Origin: Ascoidea asiatica JCM 7603
Lineage: Eukaryota; Fungi; Ascomycota
Assembly (NCBI GenBank): GCA_001600695.1
Contig: BCKQ01000003.1
Coordinates: 1,828,392-1,892,391, forward strand
DNA length: 64,000 nucleotides
Reading direction: 5' to 3'
Below, piece after piece: positions 1-12,107 of this stretch. Each line of letters begins with the position of its first letter. Position 1 is the stretch's first letter. The notes below the pieces were generated by a model. It was not told where the DNA came from. It did no database searches and worked only from the letters and a program-made list of their open reading frames with translations. The position numbers and the translations under genes are program-made.

Positions 1-870
1 AAATGAAAATGCAGCAGTAACGAATACTGTACAAACACCTTTGAAATCAGAAGCAAAAGCACCTGGATTTCTCCAATATTTACCACCAATAAATTCACCA
101 TTTTTTGTACCCCCACAAGTTAAAATTATACCTAGAATTATGAAACCAATAACAGCAATCATTTTAATAACTGAAAGCCAGAATTCAGCTTCACCATAAT
201 ATCTTATATTACAAAAACACATTAATACAGTGAAAATATAAAAAACTGTAACCCAAACAGCAGAATTAACACTTGTTGTCCAATAATTCATAATTATTGA
301 GGCTGTAACTAATTCTAATGGTAAAACAATTAACCATTGAAGCGCATAATTTAAACCAATTGCAAATGAAAATGAAGGACAAACAAATCTTGTTGTATAT
401 ACAGTGAATGCACCAGAAACTGGAAATGTTGCACATAATTCACCTAAAGCACCCATTGTTGGAAACATTCCTATTGCAACTAAACCAAAACCAATTATTA
501 AGGATGCAGGACCACCAGTTGAAAGACTTGAAGCCGAACCACAAAATAAACCAGTACCAATAGCACCACCAACACCCATCATAACTAAATGTCTAACAGA
601 TAAAGTTTTAGATAACTGAGCATTTGCGGTATTCAAAGCTGCTTTTTCAATATCACTTAGATTATTTTCATTTGAAACATTGCCCTCAGCTCTTTTAAAA
701 GAATCTTTAAATTTATTCCATTTTGATGGATTTGAATTTGAATTAGTATTTGAATTGACTGATAAATTAACCGAGTTTGCAGTTATTTCTGATTGAACTG
801 GAGTTGGTTTCAAAGAATTTGAACTTGAAACTCCAGAAGAATGATTTTCAACATGTGGAGCAGTTGACAT
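1..870 (-). CDS. Amino-acid permease (YAT/APC family, Gap1/Agp1-like), 5' part; runs off the window start
   Basis: Manual translation from ATG at 870: MSTAPHVENH...LSVRHLVMMGVGGAIGTGLFCGS...GELCATFPVSGAF...YGEAEFWLSVIK...YWRNPGAF...FKGVCTVFVTAAFSF, which are canonical yeast amino-acid permease motifs. Absent from the ORF track because the stop lies outside the window. Confidence 0.93.
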   Translation of the reverse strand, partial: MSTAPHVENHSSGVSSSNSLKPTPVQSEITANSVNLSVNSNTNSNSNPSKWNKFKDSFKRAEGNVSNENNLSDIEKAALNTANAQLSKTLSVRHLVMMGVGGAIGTGLFCGSASSLSTGGPASLIIGFGLVAIGMFPTMGALGELCATFPVSGAFTVYTTRFVCPSFSFAIGLNYALQWLIVLPLELVTASIIMNYWTTSVNSAVWVTVFYIFTVLMCFCNIRYYGEAEFWLSVIKMIAVIGFIILGIILTCGGTKNGEFIGGKYWRNPGAFASDFKGVCTVFVTAAFSF

Positions 871-930
871 TTTTTTAAGTATTTTACTTCAAAATTATTC
901 AATAAAATAATTTGATAATTAAGCAAACTG

Positions 931-932
<2 letters not shown>

Positions 933-962
<30 letters not shown>
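933..962. repeat. (TA)15 microsatellite upstream of the permease
   Basis: Pure TA dinucleotide run seen directly. Confidence 0.95.
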
Positions 963-966
<4 letters not shown>

Positions 967-2685
967 TATAAAAATTTTATGTTATAACTTTAAGTGGAAT
1001 ATTTAATATATCTTTATAAATTTATGAAAAGTTTAAAAAACATTAAAAGAAAATGAATAGATTAATCTTCTTTTATATAATTTGTTAAACCATTTTATTT
1101 ATTTTATATTTAGTATTGTAATTATTCATATTTAATATTTTGAATATTTTTTTTTGTCAAATATGACTTAGTAAAATGTTTAGACAAAAAACAAAAATAT
1201 TAAAATAGAATTTTGATAAAGATGAAATAAAATGTGTAATTTTAATTTTTGAAATTTTGAAGAACAAAAAATTTTATAATTTAATAATATTAAAGTTTCT
1301 CTTGCTCAAAGAAAAAAAAGAAAAAATTTTAAGAACCAAATTTTAAAATAAACTTCTTAAGAACTTTAAAATAAAATTCTTTCAAATTTTTCTTTTTCGA
1401 TTGCTATTGCTTTTTATTCATTCTCTTAAATAAATTTTCGTTATGCTTTCTTAAAAGCAATAACTAAATTGAATGGCATTTTCATTAAAAAATTGAATTT
1501 TTTTCTTTCTTTGCTTTTCAATTGTTTTTCACTATATTAACTGTTCTAAGTCTGAGTTTGAAAAAGCAATAATTAGCCATTAGTTTAACACTTTTATGAA
1601 TTACGCAGACTATAGATAATAAACGAAATTTGAAATTAAATATTCGGAAAAATTTTCAAAAGCTTAGAATATGAAATTCAACTAAGATATTCCAGTGAAT
1701 CACAATGTATTTCTAAAGTATTTCATTATTATTTATTATTATTTCATTTTTTTTTTCGTTAAAATTCAAATTGCATCCACAGTAAAATTCCATTTTAAGG
1801 GCTATTCAATTTCAACATACAATCTAATCTGTGAAGGCACACGCAACACAGCCGTCGAGCTAAAAAAGCCGACTGTTTGGTAAGGGAATAGGATCATTCA
1901 ACCTCTGACCCGCACACCCAACACCCATACTTTGTACCAGCTCATGGCCAGCTTCTTGGCGCGACTGGCTCACGTCGCTAATCAAAAGGCAACACCAGCC
2001 GCAGAAAAGTCCCAAAACTAGCAGGGGAAGCGGCGCATGTTTTGGTCTGGGTGTGCGTTTTTCGACCCACGCTTAAATTTGAGCTGTTTGCACTGTCGAA
2101 CTAAAGCTTTTGTGGTCAGGTTTTTCAGTTTCTGAAGAATTCACTGCTCTTTTTTTTCTCTTTTTTGCTCTTTTTTATTCTTTTCTTTCTCCTTTCCTTT
2201 TTCTTCATTCGTTTAGCGACATCTTTTAGCCCAGTTTTGCTTGCTTTGTATCAGTGGGCCTCGCTTTGGCTTGAAGGCTGGTCACTCGAGAACTTCGAAC
2301 CGGTTTTCCTGATTCTATATACAGTAGTTATTCAGACTGTAAATATAATAAACTTCATAAAATACTTCAAGTTTTTGAAACTATCGCAAAAAGCTTTTTA
2401 CAAAGAAAATATAAGTTTAAACTTTCTTACTGTTGGTTCGCTTTTTTCAAAGTCAAATTTTTTTCATCCGGTTATCAAAGGTACTTCAAGGTTATTTCGG
2501 TTATTCACGTCAAAAATAGAAAAAAAAAACTTGAGACCAATATTGAGGGTTTAATATTTACTGGAAACCTTAAATTTATTGTAAAGAATGATGTTTATCA
2601 TTTTATAAAAAATCTATGTAACTAATAAAAGAAGAAAAAATATCATAAATCTTTGACTCATACTTAAAGGAAAGTTTGATTTTTT

Positions 2686-4035
2686 TTAATGTTTCACTTT
2701 ATATGAATCTGCAAATGGGTTATCTTCTTCATCTTCCTCCAATGAACCTGTATCTGAGTAATAATGAGAATCTGAGTCATCAAATCGATTATTATCAACA
2801 TATTTTAAATTACTACTCTTATTTTTATTCAAATTATTACTATTAGATGGAGGAGGTGGAGGAGCTCTTTTATTACTGATTGAAAAATCATCTCTTTGAT
2901 TTTCATCATAATCATCACTATCATCACTATCGAATTGATTATTATGATTAAGACCAACCATAGACGACATATCAGATTCATTATCATTACCATTACTTGT
3001 GCTATTATTATTTAAATTTCCATTATAAGGTTTACTATAATTTGTATAATTTTGTAAAGATTTAACTAAATCTTCATTACATCTTAGTAAACTACCTAAA
3101 AGAATTTCATCATTTTCAATAACTTGTAACCATCTTAAAACTTTTCGTCTTATTTGTCTACATTTTTCAAATTCTAATGAACATTTATCATTATGAATAG
3201 ATAATTCACCTTTATTTTTATTGAGTGAATTTAAATAATTATTTAATGTTGTTGAAGATATTGATGCTTGTGAAATTAATTCAGTAATTTTATTTCTTGA
3301 TTTATTAATATCAACTTTTGGTATATCAAATTTATTTTGTAAATCTCTATCTGACAAAGATGATTTATTTGAGGATTTATTTGATGATATATTTGATGAT
3401 TTATTTCTTATAATAGAGTTGCTATTATTATTACTGTTACTATTACTAGTACTAGTGGAAGTTGTGTTTGAATCAGATTCTTCATCACTTGTATTATTGA
3501 AATCATTACTACTATTCATATTATTATGAGAATCACTTCTGATTCTTGAATTACCATTAGTATTTTTAACTCTGTTTGGAATTAAGGAATATAATGATGT
3601 AATATTACGATAATTTGAATCTGTTTTAAATTCATTACGCCAACCATAAGCTAATAAACAAACTTTTTTGAAAACTTTTGAATTAACTTGAGCATTTCCA
3701 TTTAACATCATTTTTAATCTTTCAATTAATTTATCATCATTATATAAACCTGATAATAAATTACCACCATTTGAAACTAATAATTCTAAAATCGTTAAAG
3801 CTCTAATTTGTTCAATAGAATTACCATATTTTAATTTTTTTCTAATTGCTCTAGCAGCTTCAATACTACCTTCATTATTATTGAATGATGTTATACTATT
3901 TGCATTATTAATTTTGATACTTGTTATTAATTCACCAATCTGAACTTCAGGCTCAAATATTTTATTTGAAAGATCACAGAGTTGATTAATAGTTATAGTC
4001 ACTTGGCTATAAGCATGATCAGTAAATAATCCCAT
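2686..4035 (-). CDS. LSB5: Lsb5-like endocytic adaptor (VHS + GAT domains, C-terminal NPF)
   Basis: EAARAIRKKLKYG...RALTILELLVSNGG (VHS-like); RRKVLRWLQVIE...LGSLLRCNEDL (GAT-like); PPPPP; terminal DNPFAD. Confidence 0.88.
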   Translation of the reverse strand: MGLFTDHAYSQVTITINQLCDLSNKIFEPEVQIGELITSIKINNANSITSFNNNEGSIEAARAIRKKLKYGNSIEQIRALTILELLVSNGGNLLSGLYNDDKLIERLKMMLNGNAQVNSKVFKKVCLLAYGWRNEFKTDSNYRNITSLYSLIPNRVKNTNGNSRIRSDSHNNMNSSNDFNNTSDEESDSNTTSTSTSNSNSNNNSNSIIRNKSSNISSNKSSNKSSLSDRDLQNKFDIPKVDINKSRNKITELISQASISSTTLNNYLNSLNKNKGELSIHNDKCSLEFEKCRQIRRKVLRWLQVIENDEILLGSLLRCNEDLVKSLQNYTNYSKPYNGNLNNNSTSNGNDNESDMSSMVGLNHNNQFDSDDSDDYDENQRDDFSISNKRAPPPPPSNSNNLNKNKSSNLKYVDNNRFDDSDSHYYSDTGSLEEDEEDNPFADSYKVKH

Positions 4036-4304
4036 TGATTGACTTGATGATTAATTATTTGGTATTTATTTGGTATTTATTTGGTATCAAACGATTGTTT
4101 ATATTCTATCTCTTGTATTTCATATCTATTTAAAATCTATTTAAAATAATCTACCAATTGTTTATTTCACTCTCCATCTCCTATTATCGCTATCAGACCG
4201 GCTGCGATCTCAAATGGTTATCGTATCGAGTTTCCCAGCCCCTGAAACAAACCTGCGTTCTTGGCAGGAACCGTCTCGATGGTTCGCTTTGAAATAAAAA
4301 GAAA

Positions 4305-4314
4305 ATTACGTAAT
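4305..4314. promoter_or_regulatory. Palindromic ATTACGTAAT bZIP-type site upstream of LSB5
   Basis: Perfect 10-bp palindrome with TTACGTAA core about 270 bp upstream of the ATG; function inferred only. Confidence 0.35.
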
Positions 4315-4804
4315 GGAATTGTAAACTGAGAACTTGAATCGACTGAACCTTCAAAAAAATACATTATAAAATTAAAAACAGTCGAGAATCGATAAAGACA
4401 CTCTTAGAAGTTACATGTAAAATAAAAATTAAAAAAAAATGAATAGCGGAACTTTAATAAATGAAAATGAAAATGAAATGGAGCATGAGAAAAATGATAA
4501 AAAAAAAATGTGAAAATTTGAAAAAAAAAAATTAACTCAAAGAAATTTCAATATGAAATGTATAGAAAATCTCCAAGTTTATAATAAAAATATATAAAAT
4601 AACTACTCAGAATCAAAAAAACATTAAACAGAAAATATGTAGATAAAAAACATTCTTTTTAAGAAAAAAATAGTAAGCTCAATGAATTTGAATCAAAAAT
4701 GATTTCCTGATTTCTGTAAAAGAAATAAAGATAACTCCCAATTAATAAAAAAGAAAAAGAAAAAGGCAGTGAAAAACAAATTGTCCTTGATCCCATAATA
4801 AAAC

Positions 4805-7800
4805 TTAAGCTTCATCAGGTTTATCTTTTGTTATGTCTATCTCTTCTTGGGTAATAATTTTTTCTTCTATTGCTTTATCTTCTTCTTCTACTATTGTTTC
4901 TATTACTGTATCATCATTTTCATCCTTGTTATTATCTTCATCGTCATTTTCCACTTTATTAGTTTCTTCCATATTATCTATATTATTCTGGTCTAGATCA
5001 AGTTTTTCTTTAAGTTCCGCAAGAGGATCTTCTTCTGATTCTTTAGTATCTAGTGATATCATACTACTATCATTTGAAAGACTGAATGTAGCTGAAGGTT
5101 TCTGTCTTCTTTTATATCTTTTCAATAGGTCATCATTGTTATAAGTGAAATTACCACCTCTTAGTTCTTTTAATAGATTACGTGCTCTTGCACCAACATC
5201 ATCTTCATTTTGAGCTTCAACTTTTGATTCTGCTTTTTTATATTTATCTGAATCTTCACTATTCTTTTCAAAATTATTGAAATCAGCTTCTTCAGGTATC
5301 GATGTTGTACTCAATTCTGCAGTAGTTCCCTCACTTTTTAACATATTATCATCATCGTTATCAATTGAAGCTTTTCTTCCCATTAATTTTTTTCTAGCTA
5401 ATGCTTTACGTCTCAGTGCAAGATCTCCTTTTGGTGGTCCTACTGCTTTTAACTTTTCTAGTAAATCATCCATAACTGCAAATGAATCATCTGCTGGCAG
5501 ATCTTCAATACTATTGGCATTCTTTTCTTTGGATTTATTTTTTTCGAGTTGTAATTCAAGGGCTTTCTTCCTTTGTTCATACACTCTTTGCTCTTCTTCT
5601 TTTTTAATATTTTCCTTCTGAACACGTTTATATTCAAAAATAAATGATGAAAATTTAGTGAAAAATGAATTTCTTGAAAAACTATCATTTGGATCTTCAC
5701 CGAAATATTTCATCACTTCATCAAATTCTGTAAGGATAACTTTAGCTTGATCAGTTAATAATTCACTCTTTCTATGAGCCTCAGGTAATACTGGTAGTAC
5801 CTTTAGTAAAATCTTATCCTGTTTATGAAATTTAGAGGAATCACTTAAATTTCCTATATCAATAGATGACTCAACATTTCTTATAGATTTTGAGAAAAGA
5901 TTACAATCTTTTGAAAGTTGTTCAACCGATATTTTACTTATATCCAAACAAATACTTAAATCATCAAGGAATTTACTATACTCTGGATATGTTTTTCTAA
6001 TTATTTTTTCAAGATAATGTAAAAATGACATACTATTTTTTTCATCTTTTATTATACTTAATCTTTGTAAAGTATTCAATTTGAAACCATGAGCTTGCTT
6101 ATTTGCATCATTCATATAATTACCAAATGCTAAAATTATATTAAATACTCCTTTCATGGCATCTGATTTTTGTATTCTTTCCACAGCTTCATCTATACTA
6201 TTTAATTTGTCTAAAAGATCTTGGTAATCTTTTTCAAAAGATGTTATTACATTAAGTGCTCTAATTCTGGATTTCCAATAATGTTGAAGATTATAAATTA
6301 ATTCAAGATATATTCTATCCGCTCTTTGTAACTCACTTGGATCTTTCTCTGGGGCTTTTTCTGAACCATTGGCCCAATCTATACTATATGGTTCTAGATT
6401 TCTAGCAACATTGGTTGGAACTTCAACAATTTCATCTCGGCCTAAGAATTCAAGAATATTACTATTTTCCATAACAATTTTGTCACATCTTAAAATTGAT
6501 AAAATAACTTGTTCATCAGTAAATGTTGAAAAAGCATGTAGATTAATACTAAATTGTTGGTTAACATCCCTTGAAAGAAAAGTAAGTTTTTCTTGATCAC
6601 TTTTATTTTTACGTGAAATCATTTTTGCTTCTCTAGCTGCAAAATATAATTCCATTTGTTCAAAAATACCCTTTTCAAATAAGTCTGTAGTAAGTTTGAA
6701 AGATTCGATATTGTCCCAGAAAGAGTTCTCCGTATTATCCATTTTATCCCAATGTAATTGTTTTAACTTCTTTTTAGGTCTTGGATATCTACTAAATGGA
6801 TTACTTGAAGGAACCAATATTTCATTTGTTCTATAAGGCAGGTTTTGAGGTAGAGGAGGTGCACCTGGTGGTGGAGGTGGTGGAGGTGGAGGAGGTGGAG
6901 GTGGTGGAGCACCCGGAAATGAAGCAATAAATTTGGGTAATGGAGGTGGTGGTGGAGGAGGGGGTGGGAAAAATGCTTTTGCAGGGGCCCCGCCTAATAG
7001 ACCAGGTAATGGAGGTGGAGGAGGTCCTGCTGCAGATGGAACTGTTTTTACTGTTTTATCTTTTTCATCTTTCAATGTAACATCATCTCGTATACTTTCT
7101 GGTCCTTTCTTTTCTTCATCATTTTCCTTCACATTCTCATTTAATTTTGTTATAGTAGTATTTGATTTTGTTGCTTCTTCTGAGATCAGATCTTCGGTCT
7201 CCTTTGAATCATCTATAGCTGGCGTTTTCAGAACAGTGGATTCCAATTGAGACAAGAAATCAGGTTTAAATCCAGCATTCAGTGGTCTTTTAGCATAATA
7301 ACTAGAAGTTCTGTTGTTAGTGATAATAGAATGTTTATTACTCTTAACCTGGCCTCGAGCATATTTATCTTCTAAACGTTTCATGACGTCACTGGAATCA
7401 AAACCTTCGGAGAACAGAGTACTTGTACTAATATCAGCTGTAGCTTTTTTCCTTTTTTCTGTAAGTGCTACGTCCATATCATGTTCTTTTTCTTCAATCA
7501 ATTTGGATTCTCCAGATTGTCCCGTGGTATTATTAATTTCATTATTACTACCAGCGCCAAACCCAGGTCCTGAGCCCGGCCCTAAACCTGGGCCTAAACC
7601 TGGACCTAGTCCCGGACCAAGACCATCATTTGAAGGTGTAAGAGGCAATTCGTCAGCCAATGTTGTAATTTCATCGAGAGAAAAGTCCAAACCAAAATCA
7701 TTATAGTCCCTTTGAAGTTCCTTCAATCTATCAAATGCTAACATTTTTCTCTTATGTAAAAATTCTTCATAATCTTTTTTACCTGTGTATTTTAAGATAT

Positions 7801-10696
7801 CATTAGAATCCTGTTGTAAAGATTCCAATTTTTTTCTAAGCATTGTCAATCTATCATAATCATCTGAAGAATTTGAATTGGTAGGGCTTGGAGTACCTGC
7901 AATTTGATTTAGAGCTTTTGGAACTTGTAAACTTTTCCCTCTAATCTCAGGAGGTGTATCTTTCAAATTAGGAGCTTCATTGATTATGATTGAAACAGGA
8001 GTTACGGGAGTCGAAGGTAGATCATGTTCTTTAAAGTCAGTCATTTCAAGAACTCTTGCTTCGTGTTCGATGTCACCCATCTGATCACGTAATCTTCTTA
8101 ATCTAGAGCTTGGTTCAACAGAATTTCCCCATGTTCTTGTTTGTTTTTTCAAATCTTGTTTCTTTTTGATTAAATTATCTTGGAGCATATTCATGATTTG
8201 TTTTCTAGATACATTTTCATCAGTCATCACTGTTTTTGTAGTTCCAATATTGTTGATCAGTATTAATAATTCTCTCATTTCTAATTCTTGTTCTTGCTTT
8301 TCTCGAAGATGAGTTTTTTTTAAATCATCTAATTCACCAGATACTCGTTCATTCATTTCTCTTTGTTTTCTGATCAATGTTTGCTGAGCTTTTAGTTCTC
8401 TTTTCAATTTATCCATTAAACCTTCAGTACCAATTTCAAGTTCTCTGGCTAAATTATCTCTTTCTGCAATAGCTTGTTCAGCTCTTCTTTGAGAATCTTT
8501 TGAATCTAATAAAGCTCTTCTTGCAATTTCATCAGTTTGTAAACTTGAATATAATCTTTGTATCGCTATATTTACAGCAGTTTCTTCATCAGTTGAATGC
8601 ATTGAAATTCCAGAAATTATTCCATCCATTAATCTAAAAGATCTTACAATTTCTGGATTATTTTTTTCTTTCAATGGATCTGCTTGAGCTAAAAAAATAT
8701 GTTGAACAGTTGAAAGAAAATAACCTTCAACATCAGTTCCTTTGATTTTTTTCCAAATTATATTAATTAAACTTGTTGGATCATCCATATTAATATTTTC
8801 ATTAATTTGATCAGATCTTAATAAAGCTTCATAATCCATTGCAGCATTTTCTTCATATTTTCTTATTTGTTCATCAATTAATTCAAATTCTAAAGATTTA
8901 AGTTTTTTCATTAATTTATGTAAACCTGCAGATCTTAATTGAGCTCTTATATGAGTTCTAAATTTAAAATCTTCACCACCATCAGCTATAGTATTTATTA
9001 AAAGCATTGTTGCTAAAGAATATTCAATTAATTGATTTTCCCCACCAGTTCCACCGGATTTAATTTCTTCACTTGCTCCAACTAAAGAACCCATTTTTCC
9101 TCTACCATCATTAGTTGATATTACAACATGAATCCATTCTTCAAATTTTTGAAATGGACTTTTATTTTGATTATTATCATCAAAATTTGAATTTAATAAA
9201 GAATTTGAATGAGAATTTTTTTTTGGAAATTTTGATAAACTTTTCATTGAATTTTGTCTAATTAATTTTTCTGAATTTTTTCTTTTATTTACTAAAGGTA
9301 ATAAACCATTATTTGCATAATAATTTTTAAATAATTGAGAATAGATATTATTTGAAGAAATTGTATATAAAGATTTTAAAACTTGATTATAACCATCAGG
9401 AGGCATCCAATGAGCAGAAAATGTTAACATATCAGTAACTAATTTTCTTGTATTTAATCTTGGAGATAATAAAGCATTTGAAATTGCAGTTACAAATATT
9501 TTTGATTCTAAAGCTTTATTTGCACCAATACTTATATTTACAACAGCTTTTAAACATTTAATAATTGAATTTTCTTTTTCTAAAAAATCATCCATTGATA
9601 AATCATTATTTAATTTTTGTCTTTGATATAATTGTTGTAAAATTGTTGATAAAGCAATTTGACCTTGAGATTCAATAAAAGATCTAACCCAAACAATTGG
9701 TTCAGTTCTTAATGAAATCCATAAATTATTTAATTGTTTTATTGAAATTTTTTGATCCATTAATTTTTTAACATAAGATTCTGGAGTTATATTTTCAGAA
9801 CCTGTTGTTAATAATCTTTCTTGTCTTTTATATTCACCTAAAGCATCTTGATAAACTAACATCCATTTTTTTGTTGTTGAATAATTTTGCATTTCATTTT
9901 TTGCAGCATCAGGTAATCTTGCAAAATCTCTTTTTGCCATTAATTGATTAAATAATTTATGTACAGTTTCATCTTCTTTTGGTCTTTCTAAAGAAAAAAT
10001 TGGCATTGATTGTTGTTGATTATTAATATTATTTATATTATTACTATTTGAAGAAGAATTTGAATTATTTGATAAAGAAGAATTATTTCTATGTAAAGTT
10101 TGTTGAGAATTATTTGAATTACTATTACCATTAATATTATTATTATTAATTACATTTCTAAAAAAAGTTGAACCTGTTGGAATTGGATGTAAATCCGATA
10201 AAGAATTTAATTCTTGATGAGTTATTGTCCATTCTGAATTATTTCTTGAATGATTATGAGAATGAGAATGATTATCATTTATATTTAAATAGGTATTTGA
10301 AATTAAATTTGAATTTGATAAATTTTGATTTCTTCTTTTTTTTGGATCTAATTTTGAAGAAAATGAATTTAAGGATTGATTACTTTTTATTTTAGATAAA
10401 TTATAATTACTACTATTATTATTCATTATTGGATCATTATAATTATTAGGTATATCATTTATGGGTATATTATTAATATCAGATATATAATGGTTTTGAT
10501 CTTTATCTTTTGAAATATATTTATCTTTCTCTTTATCTTTGTCCTTATCTTTATCTTTATCTTTTGATAGACTATGTTTTGAAGAAAATTTTTTAAAAGA
10601 AAATATAGAATTTGAAGAATTTGAAGATTGTCTTGAATTTGAGTTTGAATTTGAACTATTTATATCAGAACTAGATTGATTATCTCTTCTTTTCAT
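4805..10696 (-). CDS. BNI1: Formin (GBD/FH3, coiled coil, FH1 poly-Pro, FH2, DAD)
   Basis: LWISLRTEPIVWV and GRGKMGSLVGAS (GBD/FH3); poly-Pro FH1; KKLKQLHWDK, GNYMND and GFKLNTLQRL (FH2); MDDLLEKLK (DAD). 1963 aa. Confidence 0.95.
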   Translation of the reverse strand: MKRRDNQSSSDINSSNSNSNSRQSSNSSNSIFSFKKFSSKHSLSKDKDKDKDKDKEKDKYISKDKDQNHYISDINNIPINDIPNNYNDPIMNNNSSNYNLSKIKSNQSLNSFSSKLDPKKRRNQNLSNSNLISNTYLNINDNHSHSHNHSRNNSEWTITHQELNSLSDLHPIPTGSTFFRNVINNNNINGNSNSNNSQQTLHRNNSSLSNNSNSSSNSNNINNINNQQQSMPIFSLERPKEDETVHKLFNQLMAKRDFARLPDAAKNEMQNYSTTKKWMLVYQDALGEYKRQERLLTTGSENITPESYVKKLMDQKISIKQLNNLWISLRTEPIVWVRSFIESQGQIALSTILQQLYQRQKLNNDLSMDDFLEKENSIIKCLKAVVNISIGANKALESKIFVTAISNALLSPRLNTRKLVTDMLTFSAHWMPPDGYNQVLKSLYTISSNNIYSQLFKNYYANNGLLPLVNKRKNSEKLIRQNSMKSLSKFPKKNSHSNSLLNSNFDDNNQNKSPFQKFEEWIHVVISTNDGRGKMGSLVGASEEIKSGGTGGENQLIEYSLATMLLINTIADGGEDFKFRTHIRAQLRSAGLHKLMKKLKSLEFELIDEQIRKYEENAAMDYEALLRSDQINENINMDDPTSLINIIWKKIKGTDVEGYFLSTVQHIFLAQADPLKEKNNPEIVRSFRLMDGIISGISMHSTDEETAVNIAIQRLYSSLQTDEIARRALLDSKDSQRRAEQAIAERDNLARELEIGTEGLMDKLKRELKAQQTLIRKQREMNERVSGELDDLKKTHLREKQEQELEMRELLILINNIGTTKTVMTDENVSRKQIMNMLQDNLIKKKQDLKKQTRTWGNSVEPSSRLRRLRDQMGDIEHEARVLEMTDFKEHDLPSTPVTPVSIIINEAPNLKDTPPEIRGKSLQVPKALNQIAGTPSPTNSNSSDDYDRLTMLRKKLESLQQDSNDILKYTGKKDYEEFLHKRKMLAFDRLKELQRDYNDFGLDFSLDEITTLADELPLTPSNDGLGPGLGPGLGPGLGPGSGPGFGAGSNNEINNTTGQSGESKLIEEKEHDMDVALTEKRKKATADISTSTLFSEGFDSSDVMKRLEDKYARGQVKSNKHSIITNNRTSSYYAKRPLNAGFKPDFLSQLESTVLKTPAIDDSKETEDLISEEATKSNTTITKLNENVKENDEEKKGPESIRDDVTLKDEKDKTVKTVPSAAGPPPPPLPGLLGGAPAKAFFPPPPPPPPPLPKFIASFPGAPPPPPPPPPPPPPPGAPPLPQNLPYRTNEILVPSSNPFSRYPRPKKKLKQLHWDKMDNTENSFWDNIESFKLTTDLFEKGIFEQMELYFAAREAKMISRKNKSDQEKLTFLSRDVNQQFSINLHAFSTFTDEQVILSILRCDKIVMENSNILEFLGRDEIVEVPTNVARNLEPYSIDWANGSEKAPEKDPSELQRADRIYLELIYNLQHYWKSRIRALNVITSFEKDYQDLLDKLNSIDEAVERIQKSDAMKGVFNIILAFGNYMNDANKQAHGFKLNTLQRLSIIKDEKNSMSFLHYLEKIIRKTYPEYSKFLDDLSICLDISKISVEQLSKDCNLFSKSIRNVESSIDIGNLSDSSKFHKQDKILLKVLPVLPEAHRKSELLTDQAKVILTEFDEVMKYFGEDPNDSFSRNSFFTKFSSFIFEYKRVQKENIKKEEEQRVYEQRKKALELQLEKNKSKEKNANSIEDLPADDSFAVMDDLLEKLKAVGPPKGDLALRRKALARKKLMGRKASIDNDDDNMLKSEGTTAELSTTSIPEEADFNNFEKNSEDSDKYKKAESKVEAQNEDDVGARARNLLKELRGGNFTYNNDDLLKRYKRRQKPSATFSLSNDSSMISLDTKESEEDPLAELKEKLDLDQNNIDNMEETNKVENDDEDNNKDENDDTVIETIVEEEDKAIEEKIITQEEIDITKDKPDEA

Positions 10697-12107
10697 TATT
10701 TAAAGAAGTATATAAAAAGATTGTACAGTATAATATAATAATTATAGATTTGAATTGAATAAAATAAGGTAATAATGGATTATGAAATATGGAGATACCA
10801 TGTGTCAATTCAAAAGTAATGATTCTGATTATTAAACTGAGTAATAAATGAATTGAATATCAAATTATATTGACTTGAAGAATATAATATAAATTATCAA
10901 TAAAATGGATTTTAATAAATTGAATTAAGTTATGAATAAGTTAGTAAAAAGTGATATTGCGTGGAATGTTGTAAAGCGAAACTAAAGTATGAATAAATCG
11001 CTTAATATTATTGAAATAACGTTTATTTTGTGATTATTTGATTGGTATTTTGATGTTTTATTTGATATATTTGTAATAAAATTGATATATTTTATTATAT
11101 TTATTTTATTTGATATATTTTGTAAGCTTAGTATCTATTATCTATTATCTATTGTTTTATTTATATTTATATTTATATTTATATTTAATTATTACATCTA
11201 TTCTTTGTTATACAGTATTTATTATATTTAGAGCCTGTAATCTCCAGTAATATTGAATATTGAATATTGAATAGTGTATTTAAGATTATTCACGATTGTT
11301 TGAGATTGCAAGAAGGCAGAGTGGTTTTTGTCTTTATTACCGTGTTCTGGTTTAGTATCAGCTAGTGCTACGGTGCCATGCTTCACGACACAAGACTCGC
11401 CGGCGGTGCTTTGGCAGTACGGTGCTGCAGCTTGGCACATATACTACGTGATTAAAATCATGTGATAGTTGAGTCGCCACAAGCACGGGTTCCTTTATAA
11501 AATTCTAAAAATAACGGTTGGTGTTGTTCACTGCTTTCTGCGGTGTCTGTCTGTGATATAGGGTTTTTCAGCGTGTGCTGATCAAGCGCCGGTGAGACCA
11601 GCTTTCTGGGGCTGGGCCTTCCTCGGGTGACTGACTCGCTCTAGCTGGGACCAGTTCCATTGTTGAGATTGTTGAGATTGTTGTGAGTTTGTGGTGGCAG
11701 GTGGAGCTCAGGGATGATCTGTAGCGTTGTGCTGCTATTACTACTACTTTTATTTGACTCTTTTACAATCAGTCTCATGGAAGAAGAAAATATTAATAGT
11801 AACGTTACAGTAATTGAAATATTTATAGATAGTGATAGTGATATAAATAAACTTACAATTATAGTAATTCTACAAATTTTGTAATAAATGAAGAGTATTT
11901 CCTTTTGATTATTAGTAGTTGAATTAAATATTTAAATAATCTTTAAATTCTTTCAATTATCAGTTTTTAGATTCATATCATATCTAAATAATAAGATTAA
12001 TAACAATAATAACAATAATAACAGTGATAAGTTTAGTAACTATAAAACTATAATAATAATCATAATCATAATCATAATATTATCCAAAATAAGTGATAAA
12101 ATAAAAA

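Noticed and set aside
2280-2345. GGTTCGAA on the minus strand resembling a tRNA T-loop/B-box
   Set aside because: No cloverleaf or A-box could be built.
10870-11250. TACTAAC on the minus strand (10940-10946) upstream of BNI1, suggesting a 5' UTR intron
   Set aside because: No canonical donor upstream, and the first AG is far away; it could equally be a TTAGTAA Yap-type site or chance.
11777-11884. 35-codon ATG ORF upstream of the EF-hand gene as a possible first exon
   Set aside because: No EF-hand similarity and no canonical splice signals.
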